From the human T2T-CHM13v2.0 reference genome, Homo sapiens, in NCBI GenBank assembly GCA_009914755.4, contig CP086569.2:8960001-9024000 (forward strand): 64,000 nt of DNA, given 5' to 3'. Both the position numbers and the translations under genes were made by a program. Below, one piece after another: positions 10,490 to 20,338 of the stretch. How positions within the stretch are numbered: position 1 is the first letter of the stretch; every line of letters begins with the position of its first letter. The notes beneath the pieces are model-generated. The model saw nothing but the letters and a program-made list of their open reading frames with translations, ran no database searches and was not told where the DNA came from.

Positions 10490-11945
10490 CTCGTCAGTGC
10501 ACCCTCTTCACCGCAGTCATTGGAGTCACTACTTCTGTGAAGTCCGCTTTTTTGATTTCATATAAGAATGAGATCATGTGCTATTTTCCTTTCTGATACC
10601 TGGCTTATGTCACTTAACAGAATGGCATGCACACATTCAGCAGATTCCCACACATTCTCACAACTGGCAGGATTTCCTGATTTCTTATTGCAGCGCATAT
10701 TTCCGTTGCGCATATGCGTTTTTGCCCCATTTTTTAATCCACTTATCAATGGAGGGACACTCAGGTTGCTTCCGCATTTTGGCTACAGCAAAAATGTAAT
10801 GAGTGCAGCAATAATTGCATGGGTGCGCGCACCGCTTCAACATACTGATCTGTGTACTGGCGGGCGTGCCCGGGTATTCTGATTTGCTGGATCATATAGT
10901 GGGTGGTTCTACTTGTAGATTTCTGAAGGCTGTTTATACTTAAATAAGAGCCATAAAGCTTCTTTAATGCCAGCACTAATTTACATTCTCCCCAAAAGTG
11001 AGCAGGGAATTCGTTTTCTCTGCCTCCTCACCAGAGATTAGGGTTTTCTTTTCTTTCTTTTTTTTTTTTGTTTGTTTGTCTTTCGGATAATATGCATTCT
11101 GACTGAAGTGAGAAGAAATCTCATTGTGTTTTTGATTTGCATTTTCGTGATGGATTGGGGATAATGAGGAATTTTTAGTGTGTCTTCTGGGCAACTGTAT
11201 GTCTCAGTTTCACAAATGAGTCTTCGCAGCCTTCGCCCATTTGTTTTCATGCTATTGAGTTGTTGGGAGTTCCTTATGTACTGTGACTATTCCCCCATGA
11301 ACAGATGTATGGTGATCCAATCATTGCTCCCATCCTGTAGGATGCCCCTTCTGTATGTTGAGTTTTCTATGGTGTGGTGAAGCACTTTAGTTTGATATGA
11401 TTCCATTCTCTATTTTTGATGGTGTTTACTGTGTTCTTGCAGTCACTTTGAGACCATCATTGCACACACGGACGCCATGGAGCTTCTTCCTTGTGATCTC
11501 TTCTGCTATTTTTATCGTTTCACATCTGACACTGGAGTTTGGTGATAAATAATCCACTTGTAAAATCCTTTGTGTGGCTATTCAGATTTCCCCAACCTAG
11601 TTTATAGAAGATACTTGATTTTGCATTGGGCGTTCTTGCTTCTTTGGGAAAAGGCTGTGAGCTGCAAATGCAGTGACTTAGTTCTGGGCTCCTGTTGTTT
11701 TTCCTAAGCTCTAGTCTCTGCTTTTCTGCCAGTGCTATTGTATTTTGGTACAAAAAGTTTTGTAGTAGTATATCATGAAGTTAGGTAGTGTGGTGGCTCC
11801 AGCTTTGTGCTTTTTACTGGATTGCTCTGGGTTTTCAGGATCTTCTGCCATTTCATAGCAAATTTGGGATTCCCAGATTGTTTTTCTAAGAAGAATGTGT
11901 CATTGATATTTTTACAGGGGTTGTATAGAATCTGAGGATGACTCA
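10490..11945 (-). mobile_element. Old L1 (L1M/L1P-like) ORF2 3'-portion fragment, minus orientation (unit 1); equivalents at ~30780..32235 and ~51085..52540
   Basis: The plus strand matches L1 antisense landmarks in the correct order: tgagatcatgtgctattttcctttctgatacctggcttatgtcacttaacagaatg; ttaatccacttatcaatggaggga...ttggctacagcaaaaatgtaatgagtgcagcaataa; gctggatcatatagtgggtggttctac...ctaatttacattctcccc; tctcattgtgtttttgatttgcattttcgtgatg; gtagtagtatatcatgaagttaggtagtgtggtggctccagctttgtgc. Confidence 0.7.
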
Positions 11946-12004
11946 GGTAGTAGTGATGTCAATGCCGTTTAGACAATGTGCGTGTTTGTGTGCACAAGCT
12001 CAGG

Positions 12005-13440
12005 GCCAAGAGACACTGGGTGTCCTCACCAATACTGAGGTGGGCCTTAATATCCAGCCAGATTGCCTTCTGGAAACACACGGAATGTCCTGTTCTGTTT
12101 TGCCATCTCTTCACATTTCCTCCCCTGTGAGCCCTGTGTGGTCCTCCAGATTCCCTGTGCGGTGGCCTGCCTTTTTTGGGGTGGGGAGTTGCTGGGTGAA
12201 TGAGGATGGCGGAGGGAACCAAGCATGTCAGTGGAGCGTGGTGTCATCCAAACGGTACTTAGCAGGCCTGGGAGAGTCATTCTGGGAGGACGCAGACCTA
12301 GAGAGGCCTCAGGTGGGCATCTGTGTGGAGGGTGAGAGATCCCTGGTTGAGCCCAAACTGAACCCCAGGTAGAAGCAAGCCTCAGGACAGGGAAGTAGCT
12401 AGCAAGGGATGATGAGGCAGCTATCTCTTGACCCTGGCTTCCCACCCATTGACCTTAGCTACTTATGCCTATTAAGCAGATTACGGTTCCCCCATCGTGA
12501 AATGTGGGTACCACCGTTCCCTAATGGGCATTTCTCCACCAGCCCATGATGGCCTGAGTTTCCTTACTGCAGTCTCCTCCCTGAGCCTTGGCTTCTCTAT
12601 GTGTGTCCTAACTCCAGGACCCACAGGCCTGTCAACCCCCAGCCCTGGGCTGCTTCCCTGGCCTCTTCTCTGTTCCCTCTCTGAGGGCCTAACTCCCTTG
12701 GGTAGTGCTGCAGAATATAGAGCCACAGGCCCTGGCTGATGATCTGGTGGACTGGGCAAATTGGTCGTGACAGGTCAGGTTCTGGTTCAAAGCCAATTCC
12801 TCCGATGCCAAGGAATGTCGAAGAAGGTCCTTTGCCATGATGCCCCATAGCTGCCCCACCTCAGCAATCGTGCCGTAACCTGGGCCCTCACAGTCAGACA
12901 ACCAGCTGAAGAAGCTCAGGCAGTGACCTGCGGGAAACTCGGGCTTTCACCTGCATGACCCTAGAACCACTGGACTGCAGTGGAGCCAGTCACCCTGTAT
13001 CCTGGAGGGAGACGAGTCAGGAAGGCGCACGCCAGGCCCAGCTCCCGAGGTACTACCCCCTCTACTCCTCAGGGAGGATGCCAATGCAATACTCCTTAGT
13101 CATCACTTTGTTTCCGAAGTAAATGTTGTGATGAAAGGCAAACTTCTTCCTACCCCTTGTATTCAGGGTGGCCGAGTTCCTCCACCTGCCTGTCCAAGAA
13201 GGAGAAACAGGGCTGTGAAGGGGCAATTTCATCTAGGTGGGCTGAGGTGGCATTCTAGCCGGGGTGAAGCATGCGTTTCCCCTTCCCAGCTTTCCCGCTG
13301 AGACACACCTGAGCCCCAGAAGGACCTCAACCTGACCAGGACCTTAGCGCCCTCCCCCAGACCCAGGCTTTCCATCCTGACCTGCAAATCCAACATGCAG
13401 CTTTGAAGGACTTTCTCATGGTTTCTGAGCTCCTTGCTCT
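12005..13440. repeat. Intra-unit direct duplication, copy B
   Basis: See copy A. Identity between A and B is about 70-80% by eye, so the duplication is old relative to the >99% identity between array units. Confidence 0.75.
12790..13230 (-). pseudogene. Degenerate intronless NAP-domain (TSPY-like) relic B (unit 1); equivalents at ~33079..33519 and ~53386..53826
   Basis: Minus-strand frames give DRQVEELGHPEYKG / KKFAFHHNIYFGNKVMTKEYCIGILPEE / DCEGPGYGTIAEVGQLWGIMAKDLLRHSLASEE. These correspond to [14 protein letters not shown] / [22 protein letters not shown] / [35 protein letters not shown]. Relic B is a paralogue of relic A and is equally decayed. Confidence 0.6.
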
Positions 13441-15477
13441 CACCAGAAAGAATCAGAACTTTTAAAGTGTTCTTTATGCCAACTTAAATTTTTTCATTTT
13501 TACTACCTCATGTTTTGGATGAGGCATGTATTTTTAAATTTATTTTCACCCTTATTGTACCTCTATGATAAACTGCTTGCTTACATTCATACCGTAATTA
13601 TCTCTCAGGTTACTTGTCTGTTCCTAAAGATTCACTGAAACGAAGAATTCTATATATGCTTGTATCTTTCAGCAACCGTATGTCAGATAGCACTGCACAT
13701 TACTGCAGACATCGCATATACAGGTCCAAAGGTAGAGGAAGAAGAAGAAAGCAAGCGTTAAACTCTATTCATTCCTAAAAGCATATCAGAAACTCACAAA
13801 TAACAGTGAAATCAAAGAATGATCACAGCCAATTCCATTACATACCTAGACTGAAATACGAAACTTCAAAGAAAAGAAACATTAGAACTTTGGGTTTGTA
13901 AAAATTTTCCTATATAGATAAAATTATTGGTAACTGTGTCTCACTAGAAAACGTAAACAAAAATCCATGTTTTTCATATTTGTAAATATACATAGTTTTA
14001 TTTCCATCAGTTATGACATGCAAGCAAGTAATAAAGTGAAAGTACAATCAAATGATATATGGAACTTCCTCAGTCTTAAAATATTCCATGGAGACTATCA
14101 ATTTTATGAAAACTATAAAGAATGCTTCATGAAACTACATTGTACAGTGCCATTTACTATTTTACTGACATTTTAAATAATCAACAATTAAAGGGAATAC
14201 GTCAACATTATTTAATACCAATAACGTTATTTTTCTTGAGTAATCCTGTTGAAATTAAGGATTTTAAATAAAACATTAAAAACAAATTATATTGACTGAT
14301 TTCAGCTTTGGATGAAATCATACTTGTGTATTTGTAGTAATGCGAAGCATAACTTTCTCCTCACAATTAATCTTTTATAACATCGGTGTTATAGTTTTCT
14401 CTGACACCAACATTGTGATATCGCACAGGTTTACTGCATGCATGCATTACATGCCTCCAGAGAGTAGGCTTCAAATATATGGAAAAATTATATTTATGAA
14501 AAAATTCTAGGAAAGGGAATGGTGAAATGGAAGAGAATTTCTCACTTGCTAACTGTTGGACATGGATTTGTATATATTTGGATATAGACACATACTGGCA
14601 CACTGTGAGTTTGCCCATGTATATATACACTTATATGAGAAACCCATAATATATGGGTTGTGTAATCTTTTAATTAATCCATAATTGTATGTGTGTGAAA
14701 TTAGATAAGCGGTTACCTTTTCTTTACTCAATTTGATGGAAAGCCAAAAAACTCTGTCCACCTTCATTTCAATTAATCCAATACTGTTAACTGCTGGTAG
14801 CTTCATTCTCCTTGTTCTCTTACGGCAACCGGAAAGTTAATTCTCGCTCTAATTTGGCTTTCAAGGTGCGATCAACAAGAGTGTCACCTTGCTGTGGATT
14901 GTGACCTCTGACTCCACCTCTGTCTTCCTTTTGCAGTCCTACCTTTGCATAGGTAACAAACTTTGTACATGGTTAAAAGGATAAAAGTTCAGTGAAATGT
15001 CAAGCCATGCTGTGAAATGTTCCATAGTTTCTATATCTCTAATTGTCCTTTGATGTTATAGAGGCAAGAAAAATAATTCAATGTTTTTCTTAGTATCTAG
15101 TCCAATGCACGCTTTCTTCATAATACTGCAAACAAGGCACTGACATGGAAACGTGGCTGGACGTCTCAAAATCTCTTCTCATTAATTACCATTATGTTAA
15201 TCACTGTTGCCCACAACTGGAATTGGACTTTGAAATCCCCTGGTGGAAATTGCTATAATGGCTCAAACTACTGGAAAGACTATCTTTTTTTTACCTGAAA
15301 ATATCTGATGAGCATAGACGTATGCTATATACAGGAACATATTGTACATTAACAACATACCATCACTGCCACTCAATAATAGGTATCCCAAACCTTTGAG
15401 CCAAACTGAGCTCGGGTGCTCCCACAAACCAAGCTTTTCCCTCCACAGATTTCTTATGTCAAAAAGCCACAACTCCA

Positions 15478-15780
15478 GGCCAGGCTTCGTGGCTCTTGTT
15501 GTAATTTCTACATTTTGGGAGGCCGAGGTTGGTGGGTCACTTGAGGTCAGGAGTTGGAGACCAGCATGGGCAACATGGCAAAAAGCTGTCTCTACCAAAA
15601 ATACAAAAATTAGCCAGACCTAGTGGCACTTTCCTGTGGTCCCAGCTACTTGGGAGGCTGAGGCAGGAGAACCACCTGAACATGGGTGGCAGAGATTGTA
15701 TAGTAAGCCAAGATCAGACTACTGCACTCCAGCCTGGATGACACAGCGAGACCATGACTGAAAAAAGAAAAAAAAAAAAT
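15478..15780 (+). mobile_element. Alu SINE, plus orientation (unit 1); equivalents at ~35766..36068 and ~56072..56350
   Basis: ggccaggcttcgtggctcttgttgtaatttctacattttgggaggccgaggttggtgggtcacttgaggtcaggagttggagaccagc...ccagctacttgggaggctgaggcaggagaa...ctgcactccagcctggatgacacagcgagacc followed by a poly-A tail. The unit-3 copy has a shorter A-tail. Confidence 0.9.
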
Positions 15781-15828
15781 AAAGGCAACTCCACTCGTCC
15801 ACTGGCTTAGGTAAAAAGTACTGGAGTT

Positions 15829-16135
15829 GGCTGGGCTCGGTGGCTCACACCTGTATTCCCAGCACTTTGGATTTTGGGAAGCTGAGTCGGGCGGGTCACC
15901 TGAGATCTGTAGTAGGAGAGCAGCCTGGCCAACATGGTGAAGCCTGGCTTCTACTAAAAATACAAAACATTAGCTGAGCGTGGTGATGCATGCTTGTAAT
16001 CCCAGCTACTGCAGAGGCTGAACCTGGGAGGCGGAGGATGTGTTGAGCTGAGATCCTGCCACTGCGCTCCAGCCTGGTCTACAGAGCGAGAGTACCCTGT
16101 GAGAAACAAAGGTGAAGAGAACAAGAAAAAAAAAA
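15829..16135 (+). mobile_element. Alu SINE, plus orientation, tandem to the previous Alu (unit 1); equivalents at ~36118..36424 and ~56409..56712
   Basis: ggctgggctcggtggctcacacctgtattcccagcactttgg...ggccaacatggtgaagcctggcttctactaaaaatacaaaacattagctgagcgtggtgatgcatgcttgtaatcccagctactgcagaggctgaacctgggaggcggagg...gcgctccagcctggtctacagagcgaga followed by an A-rich tail. Confidence 0.9.
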
Positions 16136-16248
16136 TGAGAAAAATAAGACCCACTGCAAAAGGTTGCCACAGAAAAGATTAAACATTTCAGCAACTTCTA
16201 TCTTCTGTCATGGAAGCCAAGGTTATTTGGACCAAACCTCCTGTCTTA

Positions 16249-16595
16249 GTTCATTTTCACGCTGCTGAAGAAGACATACCTGAAACTGGGAATAAAAGGA
16301 GGTTTAATTGGACTGACAGTTCCACATGGCTGTGGAGGCCTCAGAATCATGGTATACGAATAAAGGCACTTCTTACATGGCAATGCCAAGAGAGAATGAG
16401 GAAGAACCTGAGGCAGAAACCCCTGAAAAACCCATCAGATCCCGTGAGACTTCTTCACTGTCACAAGAATAGCATGAGAAAGACCGACCCCCATGATTCA
16501 ATTACCTCCCCCTGGGTCCCACCCGCAACACGAGGGAATTCTGGGAGATACAATTGAAGCTGAGATTTGAATGGAGACACACCAAACCATGTCAC
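16249..16595 (-). mobile_element. ERVL-MaLR LTR (THE1/MST-type), minus orientation (unit 1); equivalents at ~36538..36884 and ~56829..57175
   Basis: The plus strand is the reverse complement of the THE1/MST LTR consensus: ...ggtttaattggactgacagttccacatggctgtggaggcctcagaatcatgg...cccatcagatcccgtgagacttcttcactgtcacaagaatagcatgagaaagaccgacccccatgattcaattacctccccctgggtcccacccgcaacacgagggaattctgggagatacaattgaagctgagatttgaatggagacacaccaaaccatgtca. Confidence 0.75.
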
Positions 16596-17329
16596 TTCCC
16601 AAACAATTAAAAATTCCCAATAGAAGAAGCATTAATTATATCAAAAAGTGGTGGACCAAGAAGGAACTATTAGCCTCATATCTCAAGAAAGACTCCAGTC
16701 AAGGCCTAGGGACTACTCATGAAAAGAGTTTAATAGCCGACTCTCTCCCAGTGGATCTGGATTCCACCGGACTGTATCTTCACAGTAAGGGTGAAACAGA
16801 AGCAAACCCATTCCTATTTCCAAGCTCAAGGAACTTTGGTCAAAGTTCTCTTGGAGCTGAGCAGAACAAGGAGGCAAACAGAAAAGATTTGTGTCCCTGA
16901 GAAGTCATGGCCACAGGCTGGCTATCACACAGATTGTCAAGCCAGTTCCATATTGCATGGGTATTACAGAAAATCTCAAAACATAAATTTGTGTGTGGGT
17001 TGTCCCAGAGTAGCAGGATCTGGCAGAAGGAAATTTCCTTCTAACCCTCAAAGAATCCACATAAATCTTGTTACATTTGGGATTTTACGATTTGCTTCAG
17101 GAATGAGAATGGCCTTAATTTTCATATCTTTTTCTACACTCAGTTTATGTCTTGTTGGCATCAAAGTTCTGCTTCCTTCACACAATGAGTTTAGGATTTT
17201 CCCTTTTTTATTCTATAGAATTCTTCATATATATTGAAATGCTCTGCCTGGGGAAAAAAATCTGAGCCTAGCGTTTTATCTCTAGGAAGAATCCTTTATT
17301 TCCTTGAACATTTATGAGACTATACAGAT

Positions 17330-17500
17330 TATATATGTCTTCTTGTATCAATTTTACTAAGCTATATACATAGCTTATGTTTATATATTATATATATAAA
17401 TGTAAGATACAAATATAAAAATTATGTATAAATATGAAAATATATATAGAAAGCGATATATATGTCTATATATATAGACAGATTATAAATATCTGTCTAT
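17330..17500. repeat. AT-rich low-complexity block with short palindromes
   Basis: tatatacatagcttatgtttatatattatatatataaatgtaagatacaaatataaaaattatgtataaatatgaaaatatatatagaaagcgatatatatgtctatatatatagacagattataaatatctgtctat. Note the inverted repeat tctatatatatagacaga / tctgtctat. Confidence 0.8.
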
Positions 17501-17559
17501 TTGATCTAAGTTTTCAAATTTGTAGGTTAAGGTGTTAACGATATTTCCTTATTAGCTTC

Positions 17560-18040
17560 TTAATCTATGCTGTATCTATGGTTGTGTACCTTTTAAATTC
17601 TTAGTTTTATCTATGTTTTCTCCCTTTTTTTCTAAACTTGACTGACGGTTGCATCATTTATTATATTTCTCCAACAAGCAAAGGTTAGCTTTGTATGTTT
17701 TACTAATTTTGTCTACATCATTATTCCCACACTTTAGTTTTTCAGAATTGATTCTGTTGTTTCTTTTCTAATTCTTTATTGAAATATCTAGTACATTAAT
17801 TTTCAAGTTATTAGAGAAATATTTGTCTGTAAACTCCTATTGTAATATCACTTTTCTTGCTACTCACAGATTTAATCTTTAATATTGGCGGTATCATTGA
17901 GTTCTAAGTACATTTCAATTCCTAGTATGATAATCTATGAATTGCTGAGAAATAGTGTTTACAATTTTGTTGTTCTATTTCCACTTAAGTTTATTTTTAC
18001 TTCTGCTAACTCAATTGAAAATTCTTTACTAATTTTTAAA
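17560..18040 (-). mobile_element. Possible old L1 fragment (antisense), low confidence
   Basis: T-rich sequence with L1-antisense-like stretches (ttctgttgtttcttttctaattctttattgaaatatctagtacattaattttcaagttattagag). It abuts an Alu 3' fragment at 18041. Family not verified. Confidence 0.3.
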
Positions 18041-18160
18041 ATCCTTGAACCCAAGAGATGGAGGTTGCAGTGAGCTGAGATCAGGCCACTGCATTCCAGA
18101 CTGAGTGACAGAGTGGAACGAGATTTCAAAACAAAACAAAACAAAACAAAACAAAACAGT
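18041..18160 (+). mobile_element. Alu 3'-end fragment plus (CAAAA)n tail
   Basis: atccttgaacccaagagatggaggttgcagtgagctgagatcaggccactgcattccagactgagtgacagagtggaacgagatttcaaaacaaaacaaaacaaaacaaaac. Equivalents at ~38330..38449 and ~58621..58740. Confidence 0.8.
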
Positions 18161-19710
18161 CACTGGAAAGATAATAAAATACATAAATGTGGGATGTAAT
18201 ATGTAATCGTGATAAAATAAACTGGATTTTTTGTATAAGTTATACATATAAATGTAATGCCAAGACACTGATAAGACAACTCATGGTCTTATCTCAATAC
18301 TTAGTGTCTTCATGTAACATATGTCCTTTAGGATAGTTATAGTCCGTTTTCTTTCCAGGAGAGACAGATGAGAATGCAGAAATGTTAAAGTGCAAGGGAC
18401 GGAAGCTTCCAGCTGTGCCCACCTGTAACCTGACGTAGACAGTTCCACCGTTTGCTTCATTAATCATGCCAAAGGCTCTAATGCAAATGTGGTACAGAGT
18501 CACATGTTTTTGTATCTACATGATAGAAACTATAACTTCATCCCTATATAGAAGGGTATATAGCATATGCCTCAGTGATAAATATAAGTGAATCATTGAT
18601 CAGTAGGAAACCATTTTAAAAGTCTTTCATAACAGAACAAAATCCCTGAAAACATTTTCTTCTCAATCTCTGAGTTTTCTTACACGGCTTATGAATCTCT
18701 AGCCATACTAAAGAGATAGTATGCTGCTCTTCCCACAAATTATTCATTGTATATAATTCCTGTAATCTAATAACAGTACCTTTACACCTCAGGGTTTAAA
18801 ATGACTCCAACCTTTTTCTGTTTCTCCAATTAAAATAACTTTTTTAAGGTTTAATCTTCAGTAATTTTTTGTAGTAATATTTTTGAAGGTATTTGACCAG
18901 GATGATTTGCTTATATACCTACCTGACGTCTCCCTTTCTTCTGAATACATATTTTATTACCCACCTATTAGATCTAAGTTTAAGAAGTTGGAATAGGGAT
19001 TTAAATCTAAATTCTACATTTGAATTTACAGGAGTCAGCGAGTCCGGGAAGTGCCTTTATGCACAGACCAATATCTGGCAATGGCACCAGGAGACAAATA
19101 AGCTTTACCAGTCTCAAAGCCCTGGCTACTACAGTGAATCCACCCTTCTCCTGGATCTTATCTACTTCAGCAAAAGAAGGCCACCCACTAAACCAGGCCC
19201 TTGTACTTTGGGTGGAAACTCCTAAGTCCTCTAGTCTCCTCAAACAGACAGCCAGGCTGCCAATTTCCACAATAATAATTTCTATAGCACTGAGTCTTTG
19301 GTAGCCTTGTAACTATAGCTACTGATGCTACAGTCTGGTCCCTGTATGATAAAACACCAGAGCAACAGAAACAAAAATATTGACTGAAGCCTTCTAAAAT
19401 CTCTCTAAATATACCTTCAATAAATATCGTTTTTTTTTACAGAACGACTGCTTTCAGCTTCCTGAACGAACGCTTGGCCTTCGCTAGTTGTCACTGTTGA
19501 AATTGATTCAAAAGTGTACATTTAACATGAAAGTCAACACAGAATTTCATGTGTCAGCAACTAAAATTTTCAAAATGTTGCAAAATACAAATGTGAAACT
19601 GTATTTGTGAAATTTACCATTCATTGAAATTATATTTTCATACCTACCCAGGCACAGAATTTTTTATAACTGTCTGCATGTTCTCCTCATGTGGGGGAAA
19701 AACAGCATCA

Positions 19711-19817
19711 GCAGGCAGAGGAATCCTTTGAAGCTGGAGGGAGAGGTTGCAGTGATCTGAGAGTTTGCCACTTGACTGCAGCCTGGATGACACAGTGAGA
19801 CTCCAACTGAAAAGAAA

Positions 19818-19852
<35 letters not shown>
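19711..19852 (+). mobile_element. Alu 3'-end fragment followed by (CA)n microsatellite
   Basis: gcaggcagaggaatcctttgaagctggagggagaggttgcagtgatctgagagtttgccacttgactgcagcctggatgacacagtgagactccaactgaaaag followed by (AC)n at 19821..19852. Equivalents at ~40000..40136 and ~60291..60434. Confidence 0.8.
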
Positions 19853-19854
<2 letters not shown>

Positions 19855-19919
19855 CCAAAATTGATAAGTAAAAAAAAAATCCGTATTCGAAAACATGCTC
19901 ACAGGCTAACTCCCATATC

Positions 19920-19921
<2 letters not shown>

Positions 19922-19974
<53 letters not shown>
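19922..19974. repeat. (CA)n microsatellite (second of two); equivalents at 40203..40242 and 60494..60544
   Basis: acacacaca... runs of different length in each unit. Confidence 0.95.
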
Positions 19975-19976
<2 letters not shown>

Positions 19977-20338
19977 TCCTTGAAAACGAAAGTTCCACAA
20001 GGGCGAAACAAGAAAACAAATTTAACACCCCCCAAAGAAAGTACGAAGAGTAACCTCAAAAGAACCGCAGGGGAAAACAATTCAAAATTTACAAGTATCT
20101 ACCCTAAAAGAAGCTGAAAGTCCCTCAAAAACTTTCCAGAGGCCATGTCCTTGTATTACAAAAATGATCATAAAAACTGGCAGGAGTAGACGAATAGAAA
20201 TGCATCTTAAAACTTGCTGAACACTTCAAGTCTCCCATAAGAATTGTAATGGAAAATGGATCAGTCGGCAGTTTTTTCCATACAATTATGAACAAATTAT
20301 ATTTCTTCATACATAGATTTGTTTTTTCAATATTCTAA

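Larger units (their letters stand above)
1..20338. repeat. Macrosatellite tandem unit 1 (20338 bp), TSPY/DYZ5-type array
   Basis: Sequence at 1-40 (ggaattaacttttatattaatagtaggtgatg...) recurs at 20339, 40606 and 60912. The whole six-frame ORF track repeats with offsets of about 20338, 40605 and 60911. Confidence 0.95.

Noticed and set aside
16600-17250. Possible MaLR internal sequence to the right of the THE1/MST LTR (ORFs 16571..16900 and 16791..17237)
   Set aside because: I could not match it to a consensus from memory. The ORFs are short and unconserved in character, so it is left unannotated.
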